Below, piece by piece: positions 37,336 through 45,385 of a stretch of 64,000 nt of DNA. This DNA comes from Polyangia bacterium. Its GTDB lineage: Bacteria > Myxococcota_A > Polyangia > Fen-1088. The translations under genes and the position numbers were made by a program. The number at the start of each line of letters is the position of its first letter. The stretch's first letter is position 1. The notes beneath the pieces are model-generated. The model did not search any database, was not told the origin of the DNA, and worked only from the letters and a program-made list of their open reading frames with translations. The stretch is from NCBI GenBank assembly GCA_045802645.1, contig JBJMQQ010000121.1, forward strand, positions 3,547-67,546. The letters run 5' to 3'.

Positions 37336-38169
37336 ATGGAAGTCAGCTCCGTATGTAGAGCGTTCATCGACTACGCGAACAAGCGCGACTGGAAGAAGGC
37401 GGCGTTGAACCTGAACGGGCTCTCGATGTACGAGATGTTGCGTTCATTGAAGGCGCTGGACGTCGTCGACATCACCGGGTTGCGCGCCGCCTTGACCGCG
37501 GTGGGCGGTGCCGTGAACGGCCCGCGGATCGAGTACGCGCTGGCGGTCGTCGTGAACAAGGCGCTTCCCGCCACCGCCCCCGGCGATCTCGCCGCGACGG
37601 GCCAGGTCGACGATGCGCGCCGTTTCCACGCCCATCCCAAATCGATCCTGGTCGAGTTGATTCCGAAAGCGAAGATCACCGGCTATAACGTCGGGCTCCG
37701 ATCGGCGAACAACGCCATCATGCAGGCCCGGTTGGGGGCGCCCCGAACCACCTACAGCCAGCAATGCCAGGCGGTCACGAACACGAAGCTCGCCGGCCGG
37801 ATCGTCACGCGCAGCGTCGGGCCGTTTCGAGTCACCGGTCTCGACTCGGCCCTGACCAGCCTGACGACGATCATGGCTTCGATCGCCGCCAATCAGCGGC
37901 TGGTCTATCGCGTGCTGGGGACAGCCGGCATGCACTGCGCCCGGAACGTCCGGGGCTCGACCACCAACATCTCGAACCACTCGTGGGGCACGGCCATCGA
38001 TCTCACGATCGACCGCAACCTGGATCCCCGGGGAGACCGGCAGATCCAGTTCGGGTTGCACCTCATCTCGAACATCTTCAACCGCGCCGGCTGGTACTGG
38101 GGAGCGGGCTTTCCGACGGAGGACGCCCAGCACTTCGAGGCGGGCGCGGCGCTGGTTCAGAGCTGGTGA
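37336..38169 (+). CDS. Peptidase M15 (VanY / endolysin-like LAS metallopeptidase) with an unrecognised N-terminal helical domain and no signal peptide
   Basis: SNHSWGTAIDL (SxHxxGxAxD) and GWYWGAGFPTEDAQHFE (..WGG....D.xHFE) are M15 signatures. The N-terminus MEVSSVCRAFIDYANKRDWKKAALNLNGLSMYEML has no hydrophobic signal. A/T-containing codons are visibly more frequent than in the neighbours. Confidence 0.75.
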   Translation: MEVSSVCRAFIDYANKRDWKKAALNLNGLSMYEMLRSLKALDVVDITGLRAALTAVGGAVNGPRIEYALAVVVNKALPATAPGDLAATGQVDDARRFHAHPKSILVELIPKAKITGYNVGLRSANNAIMQARLGAPRTTYSQQCQAVTNTKLAGRIVTRSVGPFRVTGLDSALTSLTTIMASIAANQRLVYRVLGTAGMHCARNVRGSTTNISNHSWGTAIDLTIDRNLDPRGDRQIQFGLHLISNIFNRAGWYWGAGFPTEDAQHFEAGAALVQSW

Positions 38170-38180
38170 GGCCCGCGGCG

Positions 38181-38735
38181 ATGCGCGTGCCGTTCCTGGC
38201 CTTGGCCGCCTGGCTCGCCTGCGATTCAAACGCCGGGAGACAGGTCGCGGCGGCGCCCGCCAGCACGCCGGCGGCCGCGCCGGGCCCGGTCAAGACTGCG
38301 CCGCCTCCGCCCACGGCCCGCGACAATCGTACGGACGGGGCGCCCGACTGCCGTTTCCAGCGCCCGGCGGCATGGACGGGCGGTCAGGTCTCCTGGCTCG
38401 GCGCTTGCCGTGAAGGGTTCGCCCAGGGTAGCGGTGTCCTGCTCGATGCGGTCGAGGGTGAAGAGCCGGAACGCTTCTACGGATTGCTCGAGGAAGGTCG
38501 CCTGAAACTGGGCGTCCTGCAGACCGGCGGCGGGTACGTCGCCGGTCACTGGGACCAGGGAGCGCCGGCCGCGGAGCTACCGGACGACGTCGCCCAACGC
38601 AACACGGTGCTCGATGCTTTTCGGGCGGGCGCCGGCGCCGCCGCGTCCGTCGGCAAGTCCTTCGCCAAGAAGGACGCGAAATCCAGCCGGTTCTACGCCA
38701 AGCAGGCGCGACTCCTGCGCGAGCAGATGGACTAG
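38181..38735 (+). CDS. Lipoprotein with MORN-like repeats
   Basis: In-frame ATG 38181 lies 11 nt after the M15 stop. Lipobox FLALAAWLAC|D, a Pro/Ala linker, then W.G.C.EG.AQGSG ... FYGLLEEGRLKLGV ... YVAGHWDQG. Confidence 0.65.
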   Translation: MRVPFLALAAWLACDSNAGRQVAAAPASTPAAAPGPVKTAPPPPTARDNRTDGAPDCRFQRPAAWTGGQVSWLGACREGFAQGSGVLLDAVEGEEPERFYGLLEEGRLKLGVLQTGGGYVAGHWDQGAPAAELPDDVAQRNTVLDAFRAGAGAAASVGKSFAKKDAKSSRFYAKQARLLREQMD

Positions 38736-38761
38736 CTCGCGCAGGGTCGGAGGCGAGCTAG
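38732..38761. terminator. Bidirectional hairpin whose arms contain both convergent stop codons
   Basis: CTAGCTCGC (38732-38740) is the exact reverse complement of GCGAGCTAG (38753-38761), with a 12-nt loop. TAG 38733-38735 ends the + gene and CTA 38758-38760 ends the - gene. Confidence 0.4.
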
Positions 38762-40230
38762 TTGATGGCGATCGGCTTCAGCGTGACCTGCTCGCCCTGG
38801 GTGTTGACCTTGAAGCGCACCATGCGGCACTTCCACTTCTGCTTCAGGCCACCTTCGATGAGGCGCAGCTTGGCGGTGAACGCCTGGACGGTGATCCCCT
38901 TGGTCGGCTTGCCCTGGCTCTTCAGCGCCGCGACGTACTCGTTGAAGATGCGCGTGAAGTAGACCGGCTCGGCCTCCTGGCTGAGGGTCGACGCGTCGGG
39001 CGACGCGGCCGCCGAAGGACCCGAGCCTTCCTCGACCAGCATCTGGTCCGACCGCCAGCGCGAGGTCTCGTCCTGCTCTTCTTCCGGCTCGTCCTCGTTC
39101 GGCTCCTCGCGTCCAAGCAGACGCGCCAGCATGACGTTGAGGCCGTTCGACAGACCCTCGAAGTCGGGGCCCACCGGCTTGAACTGGTAGTCGATGTTCC
39201 CGTTGATGATCTCGGCGACGCCGAGCTCGATCTTGTCGAGCGGACGGATGAACCGGGACGCAGTCAGCATCGTCGCGCCCAGCATCACCAGGATGGCCAG
39301 CACGCCGAACCCGATGATCTTCATGCCGACCGACGACACGGACTCCAGCGCGTCGGAGACCGACATCAGCGTGACGACGCCGCTGGTCTTGTCGAAGGCG
39401 TTGCCGTGCAGCGGCGCCGCGACGGCCACGAACTCACGTCCGTCCAGGGTCAGGTGGAAGACCTCCGTCGGCGCGTTCTTCTGCAGCGCCTGCTGCCCCC
39501 ACGCCTCGGGCGACTGGAACAGGATGGCGTTCAGCGCCTGGGTCTTGTTCCCGTCCTCCTTGGCGTTGTCGCCCGTCCCTTCGGACACGAAGCTGGAGGT
39601 GTGAACCTTGCCGTTGTGGAAGTACGCGACCTCGGCCCCCAGCAGGTCTCGCTTGGCCTGGGCGTCACGCGCGGTGACCACGTAGCCGACCATCAGCGCC
39701 CCGCGGATGGTCCCGTCGGGGTGGATGATCGGCGCGACGGCGACGCGCGTCATGCGGCCAGCCAGCGTCCAGATGTCCTTGGTCGCCTCACCACGCAGGG
39801 CGGTGCCGACGGCCGGGAACTTGGACCTCAGGTCCTCGCCGTACATGGCGTTGACGTTCAGGTCGCGGGCGATGACTTTCCCCTCGGCGTCCAGGATCGC
39901 GACGATGTCGGCTTTCCGGGCGCCGCCGGTCTGCAGGAGACCGTTCAGCTGCTCGGCCTGCTCGAACGCGGACTGCCGCCGGCCGGTCTCGTCGGATTTG
40001 GAGAAAATGCCCACGACGCCCGCTCGATGGGCGAGCCCAGCGACCAGGTTGGCGAACTCAAGCGCTTCGAGGCGCGTGATATCGCTGTGCATGCGCTGGG
40101 CGCGGGAAACGTCGAATTCAATTGTGCGGATGGTCGCGTCCCGCATCTCGTGGGTGACGGCGGAATACACACCTGCCGTGACCACGACTAGGATGATGGC
40201 GGCGACAAGACCGATCTTCATGCGGTGCAT
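38758..40230 (-). CDS. Membrane sensor: periplasmic Cache-like region, HAMP, acidic linker and a myxobacteria-type C-terminal domain; no enzymatic output domain
   Basis: GAGGAG lies 6 nt before ATG 40230. TM1 is IGLVAAIILVVVTAGVY and TM2 is IIGFGVLAILVMLGATML, followed by a HAMP-like FIRPLDKIELGVAEIINGN. The C-terminus EPVYFTRIFNEYVAALKSQGKP...CRMVRFKVNTQGEQVTLKPIAIN resembles what RefSeq calls the 'MXAN_5187 C-terminal domain' (from memory). Confidence 0.7.
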   Translation of the reverse strand: MHRMKIGLVAAIILVVVTAGVYSAVTHEMRDATIRTIEFDVSRAQRMHSDITRLEALEFANLVAGLAHRAGVVGIFSKSDETGRRQSAFEQAEQLNGLLQTGGARKADIVAILDAEGKVIARDLNVNAMYGEDLRSKFPAVGTALRGEATKDIWTLAGRMTRVAVAPIIHPDGTIRGALMVGYVVTARDAQAKRDLLGAEVAYFHNGKVHTSSFVSEGTGDNAKEDGNKTQALNAILFQSPEAWGQQALQKNAPTEVFHLTLDGREFVAVAAPLHGNAFDKTSGVVTLMSVSDALESVSSVGMKIIGFGVLAILVMLGATMLTASRFIRPLDKIELGVAEIINGNIDYQFKPVGPDFEGLSNGLNVMLARLLGREEPNEDEPEEEQDETSRWRSDQMLVEEGSGPSAAASPDASTLSQEAEPVYFTRIFNEYVAALKSQGKPTKGITVQAFTAKLRLIEGGLKQKWKCRMVRFKVNTQGEQVTLKPIAIN

Positions 40231-40487
40231 GCCTGGCTCCTCTGCTCGGCTTTGGGGATGGTTGGGGACGGTTTCGACGTTTGTCCCGCAGGACTAAAGT
40301 CGGCGCGCGCAATGCGGCAAAAACAGGCGCCGTAGTCGGGTGAGCGGACCGGATTATCGGCAGCACCGCAGCAAGAGTCAATGTTTCCACCCGAAGTCGA
40401 CGCCATGGAAGTGTGCCGAATCGGACAAAAATTTGACCACAATCTCACCTGGGCTTACATGTAGGACAACACCCTCAGGAGGGGCCG

Positions 40488-40922
40488 ATGCTGAAGACGA
40501 AAAGCTCGCCACGACGCCAGGGCAGGGCCGCAACGAAGGTCGACGCGAAGGCGGAGGGTACGGGGGTCCTGCCCCAAACCATCGACCGTCGGTCGCGGCG
40601 CCGCTCGCACGGGCCCGATCGCCGCAGCGGCAAGCGCGTCAGTGTCGATCTGTTCATCAACAGGTTCATCGACGGGCAGCCGTTTACCTGTCGCATGCTG
40701 GACATCAGCCGCACGGGCGCGCGGCTGGCCCCCATCCTCGAGCCCGATTCGGAGCGCGCGCCGCGCTACATGGGGCTGCAGTTCCAGTTGCCCGATCGAG
40801 AGGACGTGCTGACCGCTTCGGGTGAGGCGGTTCGCCAAGGCAGCAACACGGTGGGGATTCGGTTCACCAACTTGCCCCCCGATTCGGCCTGGGCAATCGA
40901 ATCATTCTTGAGCTTCGTTTAA
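40488..40922 (+). CDS. PilZ domain protein (putative c-di-GMP receptor)
   Basis: AGGAGG lies 5 nt before the ATG. Arg-rich switch RRSRRRSHGPDRRSGKRV and the DISRTG (D/NxSxxG) motif. Confidence 0.75.
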   Translation: MLKTKSSPRRQGRAATKVDAKAEGTGVLPQTIDRRSRRRSHGPDRRSGKRVSVDLFINRFIDGQPFTCRMLDISRTGARLAPILEPDSERAPRYMGLQFQLPDREDVLTASGEAVRQGSNTVGIRFTNLPPDSAWAIESFLSFV

Positions 40923-40947
40923 TTCGCCTGACGCACTCCGGACTGAC

Positions 40948-41000
40948 GGTTGCGCAACAGCGAACACGACCATTGGCGCAACCCAGGTCTTGTTTCATTT
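40948..41000 (+). terminator. Rho-independent-type terminator after the PilZ gene
   Basis: GGTTGCGC (40948-40955) pairs with GCGCAACC (40976-40983), extendable to 10 bp with one bulge. It is followed by the T-rich tract CAGGTCTTGTTTCATTT. Confidence 0.45.
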
Positions 41001-41015
41001 GGCGGGTTTGGTCGC

Positions 41016-41044
41016 TTGACAGGCTGTGAGGGCGCCAGTATGGT
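41016..41044 (+). promoter_or_regulatory. Candidate sigma-70-type promoter for gene 41132-42340
   Basis: TTGACA (41016-41021), 17 nt, TATGGT (41039-41044). The downstream gene has GGAGGAG 4 nt before GTG 41132. Confidence 0.45.
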
Positions 41045-41131
41045 CCGCCTCTGTCCGTTTCCTTGCTCGCTTTAATCCCGCCCACCGCCGACCAGTCAAG
41101 CGCGTGAAGGCCCCCGCGCCGGAGGAGCTCA

Positions 41132-42340
41132 GTGGATCAGAACCGGAAACCAGGCGTCGCCCCGACCAAGGACATCAGTGACCTCAAGGCCCGCCTGGGT
41201 CTGAAGGCTCCTGCCGGAGCGCCTGGCGCGCCGGCACCGGGCGCGCCCTTGCCCCCCAACGCACGGCCCCCCGCGGGCGGTGCTCCGTTCCCGCCGCAGG
41301 CACCGCGCGGCGTTGCGCCCCAGCCGGGCGCCGCCAACCGCCCCACCCCCGCCCCGGGCACCCCGGTCGTGGGTGCGCCGCCGCCGGCCGGGATGAATCC
41401 GTACGCCAACATGAAGGCCCCGCAGGGCGGCTTCGACCTGCGTTCCATCGATGACGGCGCGCCCGTCCAGAACGTCCGGTCGGGCCGTGGCAAGGCAGTC
41501 CTCGTCGCGTCGGTGGTCGTCGGCATCGGCGGCTTCGCGCTGGGCGCCGGCATGGGCATCGCCAGCGTCGGCCGCGCCAACATGAACACCGCGAACCACG
41601 CGGCCAAGGCGGTCAAGACCGAGCTCGACAACATGCAGAAGACGCTGAGCCAGATCGGCACGGCGGTGGCGCGCAGCCAGCAGCGGCTTGCAGCGGCCAA
41701 GAAAGAGCCGGTCGCGTACGACCCGCAGTTCGTCGCCGACCTGAAGGCGATCAAGCTCGACCCGCGTCCCAACACGGCGACCATCTTCCGCGTCGACTAC
41801 TACCGCTTGCCGGACGCCGACGTAGACAAGCTGTTCAACTACTATTACGACAGCATCGCCCTCTACAACGAGGTCGAGCGGCACATTCGCCGGTCCGAAA
41901 ACGACTCCGACGCGCTGAAGTCGTACGCCGAGAAGTCGGCGGGCGCGACGACCAAGAACTACGGCGTCGTGTTCGACAACGGTGGCAAGATCGTCGTCGC
42001 CAACCTGGTCGAGGTCGGTGATCAGGTCTGTAAGAACGGCGGCAAGGATTGCGGCGCCGACAACCTGGTCGGCTTCAAGATCCGGTCAGGCTCGGGCGCG
42101 CCGTGGGTCGATCGCAAGACGGGCAACAAGGTGGACGCGAGCCTCCTGGTGCCGCTGAAGCCGACGCCGTTCATGGACGCGGTCATGACGGGCTCGCCCG
42201 ATCAGGCCCGCCAGGAGAGCTACAAGCAGCGCGTCGCCAACATCCGGACCCTGCTGGCGCAGATCACCGCCAACGGCAAGGACCTGATGGAAGGCATCAG
42301 CAAGGACGCCGCCCGCCCAGATATGTTCGCTCCGCTGTAA
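41132..42340 (+). CDS. Bitopic membrane protein: Pro-rich cytoplasmic N-terminus, one TM helix, ~240-aa extracytoplasmic domain; unknown function
   Basis: GTG start with a strong RBS. Pro/Ala/Gly-rich residues ~25-95 and TM helix AVLVASVVVGIGGFALGAGMGIA. The C-terminal domain contains LFNYYYDSIALYNEVERH. No family recognised. Confidence 0.7.
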   Translation: MDQNRKPGVAPTKDISDLKARLGLKAPAGAPGAPAPGAPLPPNARPPAGGAPFPPQAPRGVAPQPGAANRPTPAPGTPVVGAPPPAGMNPYANMKAPQGGFDLRSIDDGAPVQNVRSGRGKAVLVASVVVGIGGFALGAGMGIASVGRANMNTANHAAKAVKTELDNMQKTLSQIGTAVARSQQRLAAAKKEPVAYDPQFVADLKAIKLDPRPNTATIFRVDYYRLPDADVDKLFNYYYDSIALYNEVERHIRRSENDSDALKSYAEKSAGATTKNYGVVFDNGGKIVVANLVEVGDQVCKNGGKDCGADNLVGFKIRSGSGAPWVDRKTGNKVDASLLVPLKPTPFMDAVMTGSPDQARQESYKQRVANIRTLLAQITANGKDLMEGISKDAARPDMFAPL

Positions 42341-42502
42341 GGCGGGCGTTGCTGGACGGTTGGGCGCCGGCCGACGATCCGGCCCGCTGGCTGCGCCGGG
42401 CCTGCGCTTCCGGTCCTCACTTACGCGAGCAAGCTCCGGGCCGGTTCTCGGCCCAGCTTCGCCAGCGGACCGGCTTGTCGGCCGCTGTTCGGTTGGGCCG
42501 GA

Positions 42503-44206
42503 TTATTGGCGTTGCGTCAGCGTTCGGAGAGCCTGGCGGACCAGGGCTCTCGCGACGTCGGATCGTGCGATGGCGGCGGCGAAGGGCGGCGAGGAGCGGT
42601 AGTAGAGATCGACGGCCAGCGTGGCCAGCGTGCTGCGTGAGGTCGCGAGGTCGCGGGCCTTTCGGAGGGCGGCGACCTCGGGGGCCAGGTCGGAGCCGAA
42701 GGCGGCGGTCGCGACGAAGCAGCCGGACAGCTGCTTGAACTTGATGGCTGGCGTCTCGAAGCGCTGGTAGGTCGTGGGCGACGGGCCGCAAACACCGACG
42801 GCGCGGACACCGGCCGCGTAGTCGGTCAGCGGCGCGAGGCCGTCGACCTGCACGGTCGTCTCGGAGCCTGGCGCGGCGACGGGAACGGCGCCCGCCGCGC
42901 TCCACGCGGCGAACGATGCAGGATCGATCGGCTGCTGAAGGCCCATGGCCGCGTAGCGGACCTCGTACCCGACGACGGGCTGGCCACCGCTCTCGCTGGA
43001 TTGCCGCAACGTGATCGCCACGGATGTCCCCGACGGCGTCGGCACGGCCGTGAATGACACCGGCAGCGGTACCGGCGGGTTGGGGCCACTGCAATCGACG
43101 ACCGGGCAGGCGCCTTGCGCGACCTGGACGCGCGCCGGGCCGTCCGCGCCGGTGAAGGTCAGCAGCCGACCTGCCCCGCTGCCGGGCGCGTCACTGATCG
43201 TCGCGTCCCGTGCCCAAACTTGCCCGGTGGCGCCGGTCCAGTCACCGTAGCCCGCGATGGCGGCCGTGCTGGCCGTCGCCGGGGCGCCTGGCCCCAGCCG
43301 GATCGGCACGCGGTAAAGGACCGACGGCTGGCCGACGTTTCCCGGTTGCCCATAGCCAGCGAAGTACCTGGCGTCATAGGCGCTGACCTCGCTCGGGTGC
43401 TGGTGGTCGGCGTTGGTGTCGAACTCCTTCGCGACCTCCACGGCCAGGCGGTAGTCGCCCGGCGCGACACCCCCCGGGACGATCCAGCGCCCCGTGAACG
43501 GCGCACCGTAGGGCGGCGTGGCCGCGGCGACCACGTCGACGTCGTTCAGCGCGAAGTACTGCGCCGAGTCCCCGGGATCGCACGACCCTGGGTAGCCGAT
43601 GCGCGGCAGACACAGCGTACCGTCGAAGTTGAACAGATCGGCGCGCGGCGGGTAATACGACGCCGGCTGCCCCGCTTGAAGCAGCCCTTTGACGCTGCGG
43701 AACTTTCCACTCGCGCAGGTGACGGCATCGACGACCTCGTCGATCAGCATGGGGCGGCAAAAGTAGGGTTCGGGGGACGAGCTGTTCTCGTGATTCGTGA
43801 GCTGGTCGTCCATCCCGTCGTTCATGACGACCGGCGCGTAGAGCTTGCCTCGCGTGTGCGCCCAGATCGGCAGCGCCATCGCCCGGCGGCCGTACGGGAA
43901 TCGCGGTCCGGACTGCATGTCCCAGGTGCCCGGGCGGTTGCCGATCCCGTGCACGGCGACCGCGTTCGTCACCATCAACGTCTCGACGAAGCTGGTGCCG
44001 TCGGCGCTCTCCAGCCAGACCGCGATCTGCGGACCGAGGTCGGGGTGCTGCGGATCGAACACGCAGGCGCCGTCGGCCGGCGCCCGGAAGCAGTCAGGCT
44101 GGAACGTGTAGTCGAGGACGGTGCAATCGCCGAAGGCCGGCCGCGGAGACACCGCGACCAGCGCGAGCAGGCCCAGGCCGAGACCGCTGCCCAGGGTCCG
44201 CTTCAC
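42503..44206 (-). CDS. Secreted protein: Cys-rich N-domain, FN3-like domain, C-terminal CFVATAAFGS...YY..SPP module
   Basis: Signal peptide LGLGLLALVAVSPRPAFG|D. The middle has an Ig/FN3-like segment (PVPLPVSFTAVPTPSGTSVAITLRQ...VVGYEVRY). The C-terminus is SGCFVATAAFGSDLAPEVAALRKARD...DLYYRSSPPFAAAI. Confidence 0.7.
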   Translation of the reverse strand: MKRTLGSGLGLGLLALVAVSPRPAFGDCTVLDYTFQPDCFRAPADGACVFDPQHPDLGPQIAVWLESADGTSFVETLMVTNAVAVHGIGNRPGTWDMQSGPRFPYGRRAMALPIWAHTRGKLYAPVVMNDGMDDQLTNHENSSSPEPYFCRPMLIDEVVDAVTCASGKFRSVKGLLQAGQPASYYPPRADLFNFDGTLCLPRIGYPGSCDPGDSAQYFALNDVDVVAAATPPYGAPFTGRWIVPGGVAPGDYRLAVEVAKEFDTNADHQHPSEVSAYDARYFAGYGQPGNVGQPSVLYRVPIRLGPGAPATASTAAIAGYGDWTGATGQVWARDATISDAPGSGAGRLLTFTGADGPARVQVAQGACPVVDCSGPNPPVPLPVSFTAVPTPSGTSVAITLRQSSESGGQPVVGYEVRYAAMGLQQPIDPASFAAWSAAGAVPVAAPGSETTVQVDGLAPLTDYAAGVRAVGVCGPSPTTYQRFETPAIKFKQLSGCFVATAAFGSDLAPEVAALRKARDLATSRSTLATLAVDLYYRSSPPFAAAIARSDVARALVRQALRTLTQRQ

Positions 44207-44213
44207 ACGCGCT

Positions 44214-45275
44214 TTACAGCTCCAGACCGTCCAGGGCGTCGTTCTTCTTGCCGCCCTTCTTCTTGGCGCTGTCGGAGGCCGCCGAGGATGACGACGACGG
44301 CTTCGCGGCCGCCTTCTTCTTGTCGTCGTCGGGGACGAAGCCCGCGTTGGGATTGCTCGGCGACGGGACCACGATGTCGGCGTGCTGCTCGGTGCCGGGC
44401 TTCTTCACCTCGTGCCCGGTGACGCGGTCGATGATGTCGTCGTTCTCGTCATTGCCGTCCTTGCCGCGCGTCGAGACCGCCTCGACGAGGGCGTCCTTCT
44501 CGACGTTGCCCGGGTTGACGACCTTGCGGCGCTCTTGCACCCGCTCGTCGGTGGACGCGTCGTAAAGAACGAGGCAGTAGACGCCGTAGAACTCGGACCG
44601 GTCGACCAGCTTCAACTTGTCGCCGCCCGCGTTCCACGTGTAGTGGTCCAGCGTGCGGTGCACGCCGCCCTTGGTCTTTTCGTCGCGGAAGACCGGCTTG
44701 GCGTTGCCGTAGCGCGCCTCCATGCTCTTGCCGAAATCCTGAAACGACTTGCCCTGAAGGGCGTCGCGGTTGAACGCCAGGTACATCTTGTAGAGGCCGT
44801 CCTCGAAGAAGAAGAAGTACCGCGTCCACTGATCTTCCTTGGTGACCAGCACGGCCTCGGACGTTCCCTGCTGGAACTCCGGACCGATGATCGACACGTC
44901 CCAGCCGCTCTTCTGGCCTTCGAACTTCGTGAAGCTCTTCTTCACGGCGCTGATCTCGCGCTCCATCTCGCCGCGGATGCGTTGCTGCTTGCCGGGATCG
45001 GCGGACGCCTCGGTGATCCGCTTCTGGTACTTTCCCTCGATCGCCGTGCGAACGGCGGCCATCACCTCTTCGGGCTTCATCCCCCACTTGAAGGTTCCGG
45101 CGTTCGTGTCGCCCAGGCGCACCGCTTTGAGCTTGTTGACCTCGGCGGGGCTGGCCGTCGGCGCTGCCCCTTCGCCGGCCCCCTTCTTCTTCGCCTTGGC
45201 GTAGCTCGGAGCGCTGGTTGCGGAGACCGCAACGCCGAGCGACAGAGCCAGCACGAAAGCACCACTAATTCTCAT
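44214..45275 (-). CDS. Secreted hypothetical protein with Lys/Asp-rich C-terminal tail
   Basis: Internal ATG 45275 is preceded by GAGGAGG (5 nt). Signal peptide GAFVLALSLGVAVSATSAPSYA|K. The longer ORF start at 45350 lacks these features. Confidence 0.65.
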   Translation of the reverse strand: MRISGAFVLALSLGVAVSATSAPSYAKAKKKGAGEGAAPTASPAEVNKLKAVRLGDTNAGTFKWGMKPEEVMAAVRTAIEGKYQKRITEASADPGKQQRIRGEMEREISAVKKSFTKFEGQKSGWDVSIIGPEFQQGTSEAVLVTKEDQWTRYFFFFEDGLYKMYLAFNRDALQGKSFQDFGKSMEARYGNAKPVFRDEKTKGGVHRTLDHYTWNAGGDKLKLVDRSEFYGVYCLVLYDASTDERVQERRKVVNPGNVEKDALVEAVSTRGKDGNDENDDIIDRVTGHEVKKPGTEQHADIVVPSPSNPNAGFVPDDDKKKAAAKPSSSSSAASDSAKKKGGKKNDALDGLEL

Positions 45276-45385
45276 CGAGGCCTCCTCAAAGTCCGTTGGG
45301 GCGCGGCGGGCCGAGACGGGCCGGCCGTCAGGGAACCCGGACGTTAGCACAGAATTTCCGGCGTTAATCCCGGAGTTTCTGGCGT

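Noticed and set aside
37335-37367. A head-to-head overlap of the DUF1343 gene (start 37367 or 37337) and the M15 gene (start 37336) sharing a CATG.
   Set aside because: A DUF1343 start at ATG 37271 has an AAGGAC RBS, and the homologous region begins just after it. That start removes the overlap and leaves a 64-nt divergent region, so the apparent start-start overlap is probably an ORF-calling artefact.
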